Source of the DNA: an uncultured Arcobacter sp.
GTDB taxonomy: Bacteria > Campylobacterota > Campylobacteria > Campylobacterales > Arcobacteraceae
DNA length: 64,000 nt
Reading direction: 5' to 3'
NCBI GenBank assembly: GCA_965140705.1
Contig: OZ223301.1
Span: forward strand, 96,001-160,000
Each line of letters begins with the position of its first letter. Position 1 is the first letter of the stretch. Below, piece after piece: positions 9,186 through 18,563 of this stretch. The position numbers and the translations under genes were made by a program. The notes beneath the pieces are model-generated. The model made no database searches. It saw only the letters and a list, made by a program, of their open reading frames with translations, and was not told the origin of the DNA.

Positions 9186-9727
9186 TAATAAGAAAAAAGT
9201 TCAAATTTGAAGGTGCCCATATAGTAAGAAATTGTTCAACAAAAAGATGTAAAACTTCAATTCATGGACACTCTTATGAGGTTGAAGTATTTTTTACTTC
9301 TAATAAATTAGATAATGGTTATATGATTTTAGATTTTGGATTAACAAAAAAACATATTAAAAATATTATAGACTCTTTTGATCATGCTTACTCTTTATGG
9401 TCACAAGAAACTGATGAGTTTAAAAATTTCTTTAAAACAAATTCACAACGTTGGATAGAGATGCCAGTATCTCCAAGTGCTGAGATTTATAGTTTATTGT
9501 TTTTAAAATTTATTGATCATATTTTAAAAAATACAAGATTTTCTAATGGTGAAGGAGATGTTCAAGTATCATCTGTTCGAGTTCATGAAACAGAAACTGG
9601 CTATGCAGAAGCTTTTGTGAGTGATATGGATTTAATTGAATTAGATATAAAAAAAGTTGTTTTTTCAGATGAAATAGTAAATGAATGGAAAAATAAAAAT
9701 GAACTATTAAAAATATTAGCTATTTAA
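9182..9727 (+). CDS. queD: 6-carboxytetrahydropterin synthase (long, QueD2-like)
   Basis: FEGAHIVRNCSTKRC..SIHGHSY, DFG, FDH, SAE, VHET. Confidence 0.88.
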   Translation: MIIRKKFKFEGAHIVRNCSTKRCKTSIHGHSYEVEVFFTSNKLDNGYMILDFGLTKKHIKNIIDSFDHAYSLWSQETDEFKNFFKTNSQRWIEMPVSPSAEIYSLLFLKFIDHILKNTRFSNGEGDVQVSSVRVHETETGYAEAFVSDMDLIELDIKKVVFSDEIVNEWKNKNELLKILAI

Positions 9728-9759
9728 AAGTAGTTATTTAGAATGTAAAGGAGAAAACA

Positions 9760-10146
9760 GTGACTAAAAATCCAAAAGATATATTAAAACAATGGATGAA
9801 AGCAGTAAATGACGGTGATGTAGAAACTTTACTTAATTTATATGATAATAAAGCAGTATTAATTCCAACATTTTCAAATAGATTATTAAACACTGCAGAT
9901 AAATTAAAAGATTATTTTGAAAAACTTGGAAATCGTGAAGACCTTAGTATTGCATTACATGAAAAAACATTAATAACACAAGAATTAGGAAATCAAATTT
10001 TTTTATTAAGTGGTATTTATAATTGGCGTTTTGTAGTGGATGGTGAATTACTAAATTTTGAAGCAAGATTTAGTTATGTAATTGACCTTTCAAAATCAAA
10101 TCCCATCTTACAGCACCATTCATCTCAAATTCCTAGAATGTTATGA
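9760..10146 (+). CDS. NTF2/SgcJ-like protein, probable iota-class carbonic anhydrase
   Basis: YDNKAVLIPTFSN, ARFSYV, C-terminal QHHSSQIP. Confidence 0.7.
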   Translation: MTKNPKDILKQWMKAVNDGDVETLLNLYDNKAVLIPTFSNRLLNTADKLKDYFEKLGNREDLSIALHEKTLITQELGNQIFLLSGIYNWRFVVDGELLNFEARFSYVIDLSKSNPILQHHSSQIPRML

Positions 10147-10282
10147 TTTTTATTTTGACAAAATAGATATATTCAACTTAGTTATGAGATTATGTAGCTA
10201 AATTAAAATATCTACATAAAAATTACATATAAATTAATTAAAAATTACATATAATTATAAAAAAGTTATTATATGGATTTTT

Positions 10283-11791
10283 ATGAAAACTATAAAAAGT
10301 GCTACTTTAGAGTCATTAGATGCAATCTGTGTGGATGTTGAAGCTACCTTTACAAAAGGGTTACCAAGCTTTTCCATAGTAGGCCTTGCTAGTTCAGCTA
10401 TTCAAGAGTCAAAGGATAGGGTGAAATCTGCACTTTTAACCAATGACTTTAAATTTCCTCCAAAAAAAATCACTATCAATCTTTCACCTTCAGATATAAA
10501 CAAAAATGGTACCCATTTTGATTTATCTATTGCTTTGTTAGTAGCTTTATATGATACAAAAGTTAAGTTTGATGGATTTTATGTATTTGCAGAATTAGCT
10601 CTTGATGGTACACTAAAAGATAATAGTTCTATTTTCCCTTTAATATTATCCTTAGCAAAAAAGATAGGTAAACTTTCTGTTTTAGTACCTAAATCCATTG
10701 AAGATAAAATTGTAATGATTCCAAATATTGAGGTTTATAGTGTAAAAAATCTAAATGAAGCAATAATGTTTTTTAATTCTAAAGAAAAAGATAAATACAA
10801 AGTAGCACAACATAAAATGCCATGTGATACTATACTTATAGATGATAAACAATTTTATTATAATAAAAAGTATGAATTGGATTTCAAAGATGTAAAAGGA
10901 CAAAAGGTAGCAAAAAGAGCAGCTTTAATTGCTGCAAGTGGTAACCATAATATTATCTTTGAAGGAAGTCCTGGCTGTGGAAAGTCTATGATAATAAAAA
11001 GATTGCAATATATTATGCCACCACAAACAGTTGAGCAAATACTTGAAAAAGCCAAATTAGATTCATTAAATTTTGTTGAACCAACTTTTGATGGAAGAAT
11101 TGTCTTTAGATCGCCCCATCACACTTCTACAAGGGCATCTATTTTTGGTGGAGGGACTACTAATTCAAAGATTGGAGAGATAGCACTATCAAATAATGGA
11201 ATACTATTTTTTGATGAACTTCCACATTTCCCTAAGGCAATATTAGAATCGATGAGGGAACCACTAGAAGATTATAGAATATTAATATCAAGAGTAAATT
11301 CAAAGACAAATTATGAAACCAAATTTTTATTTGCCTGTGCTATGAATCCTTGTCCTTGTGGAAATTTACTTAGTACTACAAAAGAGTGTAGATGTAATGA
11401 TTTGGAAATAACAAGATACAAGGCAAAATTATCAGATCCTTTTTGTGATAGGATTGATTTATTTGTTACTATGAATGAAGTTAATTATGAAGATAAAGCA
11501 GATATAAGTTCTAAGGAGATGTATAAAATAGTTTTAAATGCCTTTAGAGCACAAATAAAAAGAGGGCAGAGTGATTTAAATGGAAAATTAAAAGATGAAG
11601 ATATCAATAAGTATTGTATATTGGATTCTACTTGTGAGAATATTTTAAATTTAGCAACAACAAATTATTCACTCTCTTTTAGAAGTATTAACAAAGTTTT
11701 AAAAGTAGCAAGGACGATTGCTGATTTGGAAAATAGTGTAAATATAAAAAAAGAACATATTTTTGAGGCGCTTAGTTTCAGAAAAAGATAA
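10283..11791 (+). CDS. comM: YifB/ComM Mg-chelatase-like AAA ATPase
   Basis: GLPSFSIVGL, INLSPSD, GSPGCGKS, FRSPHHT, LFFDELP, AMNPCPCG, KVARTIADL. Confidence 0.93.
   Translation: MKTIKSATLESLDAICVDVEATFTKGLPSFSIVGLASSAIQESKDRVKSALLTNDFKFPPKKITINLSPSDINKNGTHFDLSIALLVALYDTKVKFDGFYVFAELALDGTLKDNSSIFPLILSLAKKIGKLSVLVPKSIEDKIVMIPNIEVYSVKNLNEAIMFFNSKEKDKYKVAQHKMPCDTILIDDKQFYYNKKYELDFKDVKGQKVAKRAALIAASGNHNIIFEGSPGCGKSMIIKRLQYIMPPQTVEQILEKAKLDSLNFVEPTFDGRIVFRSPHHTSTRASIFGGGTTNSKIGEIALSNNGILFFDELPHFPKAILESMREPLEDYRILISRVNSKTNYETKFLFACAMNPCPCGNLLSTTKECRCNDLEITRYKAKLSDPFCDRIDLFVTMNEVNYEDKADISSKEMYKIVLNAFRAQIKRGQSDLNGKLKDEDINKYCILDSTCENILNLATTNYSLSFRSINKVLKVARTIADLENSVNIKKEHIFEALSFRKR
11677..11791 (+). 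repeat. Direct repeat copy 1 (last 115 bp of comM)
   Basis: Matches 15871-15985 with one mismatch. Confidence 0.95.
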
Positions 11792-11870
11792 TTTGTTTCT
11801 CATAAATTCTTTATGTTAATCTTATCAATCTATGATATAGTGATTTTTATAATATATCCATGGAGTTTAC

Positions 11871-13337
11871 ATGATATTTAGAGATTCGAAATTAGCAAAT
11901 TTAAATGAAATACCAAAAACTATAATTTTACTTATTGATAATAATGAAAAAATTGTAGAAAGTTGTGGTAAACAACTTGAAGTATTTAATATCTCTGCAA
12001 AAAATAAAAAATTGAATAAACTCTTTTCTAAGAATAATTATAATTTATTAAAACCTTTAATAAACCAAGAAGAAGAAAGTATAAATATTTATTGGGAAGG
12101 AATTAGTTTTGAAGTTAGTTTTCAAAAAATTCCTAATAGTGAATTAAGAGGTTTGTATTTTTTTGATATTACTAAATACTCCAATGTGGAAAATGAACTT
12201 AAAAAAAGTATGCATGATTTGGTCTCTAAAAAAGAGGAATTACAAGCTGTTTTTGATTTAGCTGCAAATGGAATTTCAATATTAAATAAAAATGGTATGT
12301 TTTTATATGCAAATAATTTCTTTCAAAAAATGATGGGTTATACAATGGAAGAACTATATAAAGAATCATGCATATCCTTATCCTCAGAAGAGTATAAAAA
12401 AGCATCTGAAACAGCAGTAGAAAAAGCTATAAAAGAAGGAAGTGTTGTAAACTTTAGAAAAGTATGCGTTTCAAAATCGGGGGAACATATAAATGCTAGT
12501 ATGTCACTTAGTTATGTAAAAATAACAAATACAATTGTAATGATAACTTCTGATATTACGGATGACATAAAATACCAAGAAGAGTTAAAAAGACAAGTCG
12601 AATTAGAAGTTGCAAAAAGAACAGAACAATATGAAGTTATGTGCCACCAATCAAGGCTTGCAGCTATGGGAGAGATGATTGATTCTATTGCTCATCAATG
12701 GAGACAACCTCTAAATGGCTTAGGTATTATAGTCCAAGGACTAAGACACATTTCTAATGCACAAGAGATAAATAAAGAGCTTCTTTTTGAAATAGAATTA
12801 GAAATCATGGAAAAAGTTAATTATATGTCCCAAACAATAGATGACTTTTCAGAATTTTTTAGAATATCAAAACAAAAAGAGACTTTTAATTTGCTAAAAA
12901 ATATTAAAGATGCAATAAGACTTATTGATGTTCAACTAAAATTAAATAACATAGATATAAAAATAGTAGTAAGTAAGAATACTACTTTAGATGTTTTAGG
13001 GTTCCCAAATGAATTTAGACAAGTTATTATGAATATGGTCCATAATTCAATGATGGCAATCATAGAGAAAGAAGTGACAAATGGATATGTACATATTGAT
13101 ATAAGTTCTACAAATATTGAAAATAAAGTAACTATTTTAGATAATGGTGGAGGAATTGAGAAAAAATATTTTGAAAAAATATTTGACCCATATTTTAGTA
13201 CAAGAGAAAAAGGTAGTGGAATTGGGTTATATATGTCGAAAGTTATAATTGAACATCATATGAAGGGTAGATTGAGTGTAAAAAATCAAAATAAAGGCAC
13301 AAAATTTACTCTATTTTTACCAAAAGGAAAAGAGTAA
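11871..13337 (+). CDS. Cytoplasmic PAS-domain sensor histidine kinase
   Basis: PAS (ANNFFQKMMGYTMEEL), H-box IAHQWRQPL, DNGGGI, GSGIGL; no clear TM segment. Confidence 0.92.
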   Translation: MIFRDSKLANLNEIPKTIILLIDNNEKIVESCGKQLEVFNISAKNKKLNKLFSKNNYNLLKPLINQEEESINIYWEGISFEVSFQKIPNSELRGLYFFDITKYSNVENELKKSMHDLVSKKEELQAVFDLAANGISILNKNGMFLYANNFFQKMMGYTMEELYKESCISLSSEEYKKASETAVEKAIKEGSVVNFRKVCVSKSGEHINASMSLSYVKITNTIVMITSDITDDIKYQEELKRQVELEVAKRTEQYEVMCHQSRLAAMGEMIDSIAHQWRQPLNGLGIIVQGLRHISNAQEINKELLFEIELEIMEKVNYMSQTIDDFSEFFRISKQKETFNLLKNIKDAIRLIDVQLKLNNIDIKIVVSKNTTLDVLGFPNEFRQVIMNMVHNSMMAIIEKEVTNGYVHIDISSTNIENKVTILDNGGGIEKKYFEKIFDPYFSTREKGSGIGLYMSKVIIEHHMKGRLSVKNQNKGTKFTLFLPKGKE

Positions 13338-13338
13338 A

Positions 13339-14022
13339 ATGGAAAAAATATATTCTCGTTTACAATCTCATACAATATTAATAGTTGAAGATGATGAAAG
13401 TACTTTAAAGTGGTTAAAAAGAGTTCTTAGTATTTATTTTAAAGAAGTATATGTTGCTTGTGATGCTTTAGAGGCTTTAGAAAAATTTAATATAAATAAA
13501 ACAGATATTGTATTGACAGATATACAAATGCCTCATATTGATGGATTAACTTTTTTAAAAAAACTTGCTTCAATATCGCCTCAAACCATGAGAATAACAA
13601 TGACTGCTTTTAATGCAGTTCCATATTTAAATCGTGCAGTTGATTCAGGAGTTCAATTTTATTTAAAAAAACCTATTGATATAGATGAATTACTTTTTGC
13701 AATATCTTCTCATATGCCAAATAGTAATGAAATTATTGAAACTGTAAATTTAGGTAGAGGTTTTATATATGACCCTTTAAAAAAGATGCTTTTTAAAGAA
13801 TCAAAGTTAATAAAACTTACTAAAAAAGAGTTGCTTTTATTGGAATTGTTTTTAAAAAATAAACAAGGGTTTATCTCCTTAGAGTTAATAGAACAAAGTA
13901 TTTGGGAAGAACAAGCAACCCCTGATGCAATACGTATGGTAATAGTAGGCTTACGCAAAAAGTTATACAGTGAACTCTTTGAAAACTTAAAAGGTTTAGG
14001 ATATAGAATAAATCTTTCATAA
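13339..14022 (+). CDS. OmpR-family response regulator
   Basis: IVEDD, TDIQMP, KPID receiver motifs; C-terminal winged helix (LTKKE..GLGYR). Confidence 0.92.
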   Translation: MEKIYSRLQSHTILIVEDDESTLKWLKRVLSIYFKEVYVACDALEALEKFNINKTDIVLTDIQMPHIDGLTFLKKLASISPQTMRITMTAFNAVPYLNRAVDSGVQFYLKKPIDIDELLFAISSHMPNSNEIIETVNLGRGFIYDPLKKMLFKESKLIKLTKKELLLLELFLKNKQGFISLELIEQSIWEEQATPDAIRMVIVGLRKKLYSELFENLKGLGYRINLS

Positions 14023-14031
14023 CATATTTTA

Positions 14032-14064
14032 AAACCTTATATAAATCTTATATAAACCTTATAT
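14032..14064 (+). promoter_or_regulatory. Three tandem 11-bp direct repeats, candidate response-regulator binding site
   Basis: AAACCTTATAT AAATCTTATAT AAACCTTATAT directly upstream of the sqr-like gene. Confidence 0.65.
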
Positions 14065-14117
14065 TTGCCTTGTTTTGCTTTGTTACAATATTTTACATAC
14101 GTTGTAAGGAGTGAAAA

Positions 14118-15305
14118 ATGAAAAAGATTCTTATTGTTGGTGGCGGTACTGCTGGAACAATGACCGCAAATAATTTAGCAAAAAAATTAATGCCTGAGAT
14201 TGACAGAGATGAAATAGAAATTACAATGATTTCAAATTCATCAAAGCATGTTTATAGACCGGGAGCTATGTATGTTGCTTTTCATAAATCAGCTGGAAAT
14301 GAATTTATAAGAGAACAAAAAAGTCTTCTTATGCCTGAGATTAATTTTTATGTGGATGCAGCAGTTGATATTCAAACAAAAAATAATTGTGTTGTTGCTC
14401 AAAGTGGTAAAAAATATGTATATGATTATTTAGTACTTGCAACAGGTTGTGAAGTAGCACCTGATAGAATTCCTGGTCTTGAAGAGGGTGGAGATTGGTT
14501 TTATACTTACGAAGGTGCTAAAAAAATTGCTAAAAAGTTTGAGAAACTTAAAAAAGGTAGAGTATTAGTTACAGTTAGTTTTCCTAAAACTGAAAATATT
14601 CCACATCAATGTGGAATTGCACCTATTGAAACAACAATGATGTTACATGATTATTTAACAGAAAGAGGTGTTAGAGATAATGTTGAAATTGTATATACAT
14701 ATCCAAAAAAAGCACAATCTGTAGTAGATGGATTATTTTTACAAGTTCCGACATCAAATGTATTACCAATGATTTTTGATGGTATTAATGTAAAACATAA
14801 AACATCATTTACCTTAAATAAAGTGGATCCAAAGAAAAAAATAGCATATTCTGAAGAAGGGGAAGAGATAGAATTTGATATTTTAATGTCAACTCCACCT
14901 TTTATTGCAGCAAAAGTTATAAGGGACTCTGGCTTATCAAAAGCAAAAGATAATGAAGGTTGGCTTCCTACAGATAAAGAGAGTTTAAAAGTGATAGGTT
15001 TAGATAATGTTTATACCTTAGGAGATACAGTTGATTTATCTGTTTCAAAAGCAGGAGGGACAATTCACAATCAAACTGATGTAGTTGCCGATAATATTGC
15101 TGCTGAAATTAGGTTTGGGTACCCTACAGAGTCTTATGATGGTAAAGTAATTGCTGTTGCACAAATGGGACTTTCTTGTGGTATGCCTCTATGGTATGAC
15201 TATGAAGAAGATGTTAAACCCACACCTTGTAGTAAATTAGGGAGTTTCGTAAGATTAGGTTTTAATAAAGGTTTATATTGGGCAGCTGCTCGAGGTATGT
15301 TATAG
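14118..15305 (+). CDS. FAD-dependent oxidoreductase, sulfide:quinone oxidoreductase family
   Basis: GGGTAG Rossmann motif, YDYLVLATG, QCGIAPIE, LGD, SKAG, YDGKV; paired with DUF1641 gene. Confidence 0.85.
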   Translation: MKKILIVGGGTAGTMTANNLAKKLMPEIDRDEIEITMISNSSKHVYRPGAMYVAFHKSAGNEFIREQKSLLMPEINFYVDAAVDIQTKNNCVVAQSGKKYVYDYLVLATGCEVAPDRIPGLEEGGDWFYTYEGAKKIAKKFEKLKKGRVLVTVSFPKTENIPHQCGIAPIETTMMLHDYLTERGVRDNVEIVYTYPKKAQSVVDGLFLQVPTSNVLPMIFDGINVKHKTSFTLNKVDPKKKIAYSEEGEEIEFDILMSTPPFIAAKVIRDSGLSKAKDNEGWLPTDKESLKVIGLDNVYTLGDTVDLSVSKAGGTIHNQTDVVADNIAAEIRFGYPTESYDGKVIAVAQMGLSCGMPLWYDYEEDVKPTPCSKLGSFVRLGFNKGLYWAAARGML

Positions 15306-15314
15306 GAGAAAGTT

Positions 15315-15668
15315 ATGAGTGAAGAAGTAAAAGTAATAAAAAGTGCAGAGATGCAAAAAATCGAAGAACAAATGACTATGTTAGTTCAAACTGGTAGATT
15401 GAATAATTTAATTGATTTATTAGCAGTAGTATCTGATCAAATTGAAATGACAACAACTCCAATGGTTGAAAAAATGGTAACATCAATTGATAATATGGCA
15501 ACCGCAGGTTTTATAACTGAAAATGCTGTACGTCATGCAAAAAGAGAAAATGCTAAAAAGGAAGTACCTTCTTTATTTGGTTTATTAAAACTAATGAAAG
15601 ATGAAGATACAAGAAGGGGATTAGCGTTTATGCTAAATTTAACAAAAGGTATTGGAAAACAACTCTAA
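15315..15668 (+). CDS. DUF1641-like helical protein (SQR partner)
   Basis: C-terminal SLFGLLKLMKDEDTRRGLAFML..IGK. Confidence 0.8.
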   Translation: MSEEVKVIKSAEMQKIEEQMTMLVQTGRLNNLIDLLAVVSDQIEMTTTPMVEKMVTSIDNMATAGFITENAVRHAKRENAKKEVPSLFGLLKLMKDEDTRRGLAFMLNLTKGIGKQL

Positions 15669-15696
15669 TAACTATAATTTATAACTGTCTATTAAG

Positions 15697-15720
15697 CCCG
15701 TGCATAAACTTATGTACGGG
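15697..15720 (+). terminator. Hairpin after the DUF1641 gene
   Basis: CCCGTGCATAA-AC-TTATGTACGGG. Confidence 0.6.
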
Positions 15721-15870
15721 TACACATTCGTAATTTTAGCCTTAATATAAAATAAGTACTTAAAAGTTATTAATATACGACTATTGAACCTTAATACTAC
15801 AGTGCAATAATACAAAACTCTGAACAGTCTCTATATATATAAATTTATCAATGACAAACTATTTACTATT

Positions 15871-15985
15871 TTTTAGAAGTATTAACAAAGTTTTAAAAGT
15901 AGCAAGGACGATTGCTGATTTGGAAAATAGTATAAATATAAAAAAAGAACATATTTTTGAGGCGCTTAGTTTCAGAAAAAGATAA
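15871..15985 (+). repeat. Direct repeat copy 2 (orphan copy of comM 3' end)
   Basis: 115 bp, one mismatch to 11677-11791; weaker similarity continues to 15841 vs 11647. Confidence 0.95.
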
Positions 15986-16054
15986 AATTATTGTATAATG
16001 CGAAAAAATTAGATTTTACGAAGGAAAACTTCGTATTGATTACAAAGGGATAAA

Positions 16055-16936
16055 ATGACAAAATGCGGATATGTATCAGTAGTAGGAAGACCAAATGCAG
16101 GGAAGAGTTCACTACTTAATTGGTTAGTTGGTGAAAAGATTGCGATGGTTTCTCATAAAGCAAATGCTACAAGAAAAAGATCAAATATAATAGTTATGCA
16201 TGAAGATGACCAAGTTATATTTGTAGATACTCCAGGAATTCATGAAACGGAAAAACTATTAAATCAATTTATGCTTGATGAAGCACTAAAAGCAATGGGT
16301 GATTGTGATTTGATTTTATTTTTGGCACCAGTTACTGATCAAGTTTCTCATTATGAGGCTTTTTTAGAAAAAAACAAAAAAAATACAAAACACATCTTAC
16401 TTCTTACAAAAATAGATTTTGTTTCAAATGAAGAAGTTTTAGCAAAAATGAAAGAGTATGAAAAATTTTCTGATAAATATGAATCAATCATACCAGTATC
16501 AATAAAAAAAGCAACAACCCATGCAGATATTTTAGATGTAGTTGTAAAATATCTTCCGGAGCACCCTTATTTATTTGATCCAGAGATTTTGACAACTGAA
16601 CACTTAAGGGATATTTTTAAAGAGTTTATACGAGAGTCAATTTTCGAAAATATTTCTGATGAGATACCTTATGAAACAGATGTTTTAATAAATAAAGTAG
16701 AAGAAAAACCAAAAGTAGATGTTATAAAAGCTACAATTATCGTACAAAAATCTACTCAAAAAGGTATGATTATCGGTAAAGGTGCAACTGCTATTAAAAG
16801 AATAGGTAAAGATGCAAGAATAAAGATTGAAAAATTAACTGGCAAAAAATGCTTCTTGGAACTATTCGTTTCTATTAAAAAAGGTTGGACAAAAAATAGA
16901 GAAGGTCTAAAAGAGTTAGGTTACGACATAGATTAA
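16055..16936 (+). CDS. era: GTPase Era
   Basis: GRPNAGKS, DTPG, TKID, KH domain with QKGMIIGKG. Confidence 0.97.
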   Translation: MTKCGYVSVVGRPNAGKSSLLNWLVGEKIAMVSHKANATRKRSNIIVMHEDDQVIFVDTPGIHETEKLLNQFMLDEALKAMGDCDLILFLAPVTDQVSHYEAFLEKNKKNTKHILLLTKIDFVSNEEVLAKMKEYEKFSDKYESIIPVSIKKATTHADILDVVVKYLPEHPYLFDPEILTTEHLRDIFKEFIRESIFENISDEIPYETDVLINKVEEKPKVDVIKATIIVQKSTQKGMIIGKGATAIKRIGKDARIKIEKLTGKKCFLELFVSIKKGWTKNREGLKELGYDID

Positions 16937-17020
16937 TTAAATATTTCATATTAATTTCTATTTTGTAATTAATATGAATTTATTTTATTATTTTTAAGTT
17001 TCATAATAATATAATTTATT

Positions 17021-17896
17021 ATGGAATACTTAAATGAAAAAAATATAATAAATCTTGATTGTATTTATACAAACTTATTTAAAGTCTCTGAAAAGATTTT
17101 AGATAAAAATCTTGCCAAATTTATTTTCCATAATTTAGAAGAAAAAGCTACTTTCCAAAAAAACCATAAAACTTTTTATACTTATTTAAAATACTCAAAA
17201 GAGTATTTTGTCTGTTCCTATGAAAATAAAAATAGTGCAACACTTATAATTGATTTGATAAGTGAATATATCAAATTGAAAAAACTAGATAAAAAAAGAG
17301 TATTAGTATATTATGATACTTATTTTTTATTGTTTGAAAATTCTTCTTTGTATTATTTCCAAAAAATAGAAAAAGAACTTCTAAATCAAGATATGGAAGT
17401 TTATATCAAAAAGAGGTTTTTGTTTGATTATGAGCAAGAAATAGATATAAAAACTACTGATTTGGAGTATTTTAAAGGTAAAGAAAAAGTCTTTTCAAGT
17501 CTAGCTTATATTTACGATAGTAATAAATTAAAAATTTATTACTATTATTTATTTACACTACTCATTATTTCTTTATCATTTATTGTTATTGATTATTATA
17601 AAAAAGAGTCTACTAAAGAAGAACTTCTAAGAATAGATAATAAAACTAAAAATAAAATTCTAATACCTAAAAGACAAAGCTTATATTTTAAAATAAGTAC
17701 TTTATTTACCAATTTAGAAAAGCATAATTTAAAAATATCAAAGTTTGACTTTAGTGGAAATAGTCTATTTGTAACACTTATGGCTAAGAATAGAGATGAT
17801 TTTTATGCTTTTATTCAAAACTATAGAAATAAAAAAATAAATTCAATTTCAAAAACAAAGGATGGATATGAGATTAGTACATCGTTTGTTTTTTAA
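17021..17896 (+). CDS. Membrane-anchored protein, putative PilM/PilN-like assembly component
   Basis: One TM near residue 175-192; first gene of the cluster ending in GspE/GspF homologs. Confidence 0.55.
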   Translation: MEYLNEKNIINLDCIYTNLFKVSEKILDKNLAKFIFHNLEEKATFQKNHKTFYTYLKYSKEYFVCSYENKNSATLIIDLISEYIKLKKLDKKRVLVYYDTYFLLFENSSLYYFQKIEKELLNQDMEVYIKKRFLFDYEQEIDIKTTDLEYFKGKEKVFSSLAYIYDSNKLKIYYYYLFTLLIISLSFIVIDYYKKESTKEELLRIDNKTKNKILIPKRQSLYFKISTLFTNLEKHNLKISKFDFSGNSLFVTLMAKNRDDFYAFIQNYRNKKINSISKTKDGYEISTSFVF

Positions 17897-18563
17897 TGAT
17901 AAATATAGAAGTTTATTTTATTTACTTCCTTTGCTAATTATGGGGTTTGTTACTTATTATTTTTATAGTTTAAATGGAATAGGTGAATCTAAAAGTATAG
18001 AAAAACCAAAAAGAATCAAAAAAGAAAAATCATTAAAATTATTTGATTTTATGTTTAATTTAGAAGAAGAGATAAAGAATAAAAATCTTAATTTAAAGAA
18101 TATAAAAATAACCCCTAAAAAAGTTATTTTACAAATTGAGGATGACTTTCTAAAGAGCTTGAAAATCATTGATTTTATAGAAAAATTTAGTTCAAAAGTA
18201 GTTGTAAAAAAGTTAAGCTTTAAAGTTCTCAATGACAATAAAATAGATTTATATATTGAAATAGAGTTAAATAAAAAAGATATTTTTTATAAAAAATTAA
18301 GACCAAAAGAGGTTAAGAATAAAGTTTTATACCAAAAGAAAGTTGAAAATAATTTAAAAATACCTCTTCTTAAAGATGAAAAGGAAGCTATAAAAATTGA
18401 AGCTATTATTGATAATAGTGTTTTAGTAAATAATAAATGGTACAAAATAGGTGAAAAAATAAATGGAAAAAAAGTCATATCAATAAATAGAGATTTTATT
18501 GAGTTAGAAAACAATAATCACAAAACCAATATATGGATATATCAAAATGAATATACTAGATAA
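17862..18563 (+). CDS. Membrane-anchored protein with CtsX-like C-terminus
   Basis: N-terminal TM; C-terminal KIEAIIDNSVLVNNKWYKIGEKING resembles Campylobacterota transformation protein CtsX. Confidence 0.55.
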   Translation: MDMRLVHRLFFNDKYRSLFYLLPLLIMGFVTYYFYSLNGIGESKSIEKPKRIKKEKSLKLFDFMFNLEEEIKNKNLNLKNIKITPKKVILQIEDDFLKSLKIIDFIEKFSSKVVVKKLSFKVLNDNKIDLYIEIELNKKDIFYKKLRPKEVKNKVLYQKKVENNLKIPLLKDEKEAIKIEAIIDNSVLVNNKWYKIGEKINGKKVISINRDFIELENNNHKTNIWIYQNEYTR

